Shown here: piece by piece, positions 63,101 to 64,000 of the stretch
Position numbering within the stretch: the stretch's first letter is position 1
How the letters are laid out: each line of letters begins with the position of its first letter
Source: Azolla caroliniana
Taxonomy: Eukaryota; Plantae; Polypodiophyta
Length of the DNA: 64,000 nt
Reading direction: 5' to 3'
NCBI GenBank assembly: GCA_043228905.1
Contig: JBHGNT010000008.1
Location: 22,414,486 to 22,478,485 of the forward strand
Translations under genes and position numbers: made by a program
Notes under the pieces: generated by a model
What the model was told of the DNA's origin: nothing
The model's database searches: none
Seen by the model: only the letters and a program-made list of their open reading frames with translations

Positions 63101-64000
63101 CGAATCGAAGCTAACTACGTGAGGTATGATATGGAATTAAAAAATCAAGATTTTGAAACTCAGGTCGAGAGACATGACAAAATACCAAACTTGAGGAGGG
63201 AGTTGAGAGGAGCCCTTGAGTAAATTAAAATGTTCATACCTGGCTCGTGTGATATCGGATTTTTGTGTTCAAACATGCGAATCGAAGCCAACAACGCTAG
63301 CTATGATATGGAATTAAAAAATCAAGATTTTGAAACTCAGGTCGAGAGACATGACGAAAATAGCAAACTTGAGGAGGGCGTTGAGAAGAGCCCTTGAGTA
63401 AATTAAAATGTTCATACCTGGCTCGTGTGATATCGGATTTTTGTGTTCAAACATGCGAATCGAAGCCAACAACGCTAGCTATGATATGGAATTAAAAAAT
63501 CAAGATTTTGAAACTCAGGTCGAGAGACATGACGAAAATAGCAAACTTGAGGAGGGAGTTGAGAGGAGCCCTTGAGTAAATTAAAATGTTCATACCTGGG
63601 TCGTGTGATATCGGATTTTTGTGTTCAAACATGCGAATCGAAGCCAACAACGCTAGCTATGATATGGAATTAAAAAATCAAGATTTTGAAACTCAGGTCG
63701 AGAGACATGACGAAAATAGCAAACTTGAGGAGGGCGTTGAGAAGAGCCCTTGAGTAAATTAAAATGTTCATACCTGGCTCGTGTGATATCGGATTTTTGT
63801 GTTCAAACATGCGAATCGAAGCCAACAACGCTAGCTATGATATGGAATTAAAAAATCAAGATTTTGAAACTCAGGTCGAGAGACATGACGAAAATAGCAA
63901 ACTTGAGGAGGGAGTTGAGAGGAGCCCTTGAGTAAATTAAAATGTTCATACCTGGCTCGTGTGATATCGGATTTTTGTGTTCAAACATGCGAATCGAAGC
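48158..64000 (+). repeat. 178-bp satellite, highly homogeneous layer including a 13-mer higher-order repeat
   Basis: Near-identical monomers. The rare variant gatatcacat recurs at 52845, 55158 and 57471 (2313-bp period). Confidence 0.98.

Overview
Eukaryotic, most likely plant, centromere-type DNA. About 48 kb is a head-to-tail 178-bp satellite. It changes from a diverged variant layer (1 to ~19.6 kb) to a homogeneous layer with higher-order repeats. Four insertions interrupt it. (1) A 4.5-kb endonuclease-less Penelope-like retroelement (7615-12124). Its Pro/His/Ser-rich ORF1 appears joined to the RT by a predicted programmed -1 frameshift (A_AAA_AAC plus hairpin). It has two homologous but diverged, outward-facing terminal arms, each built as TATA, minimal hammerhead ribozyme, (CT)n, conserved 3' motif. 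It has no target-site duplication (TSD). (2) A 111-bp TG..CA orphan segment. (3) A 642-bp copia solo LTR with a TSD. (4) A young Ty1/copia element (37563-48157) whose integrase is split by a second, intact copia element (40367-45735). No host protein-coding genes were seen. The Penelope-like element is the most unusual system here. All calls were made by eye; no searches or folding programs were run, and the host species cannot be determined.
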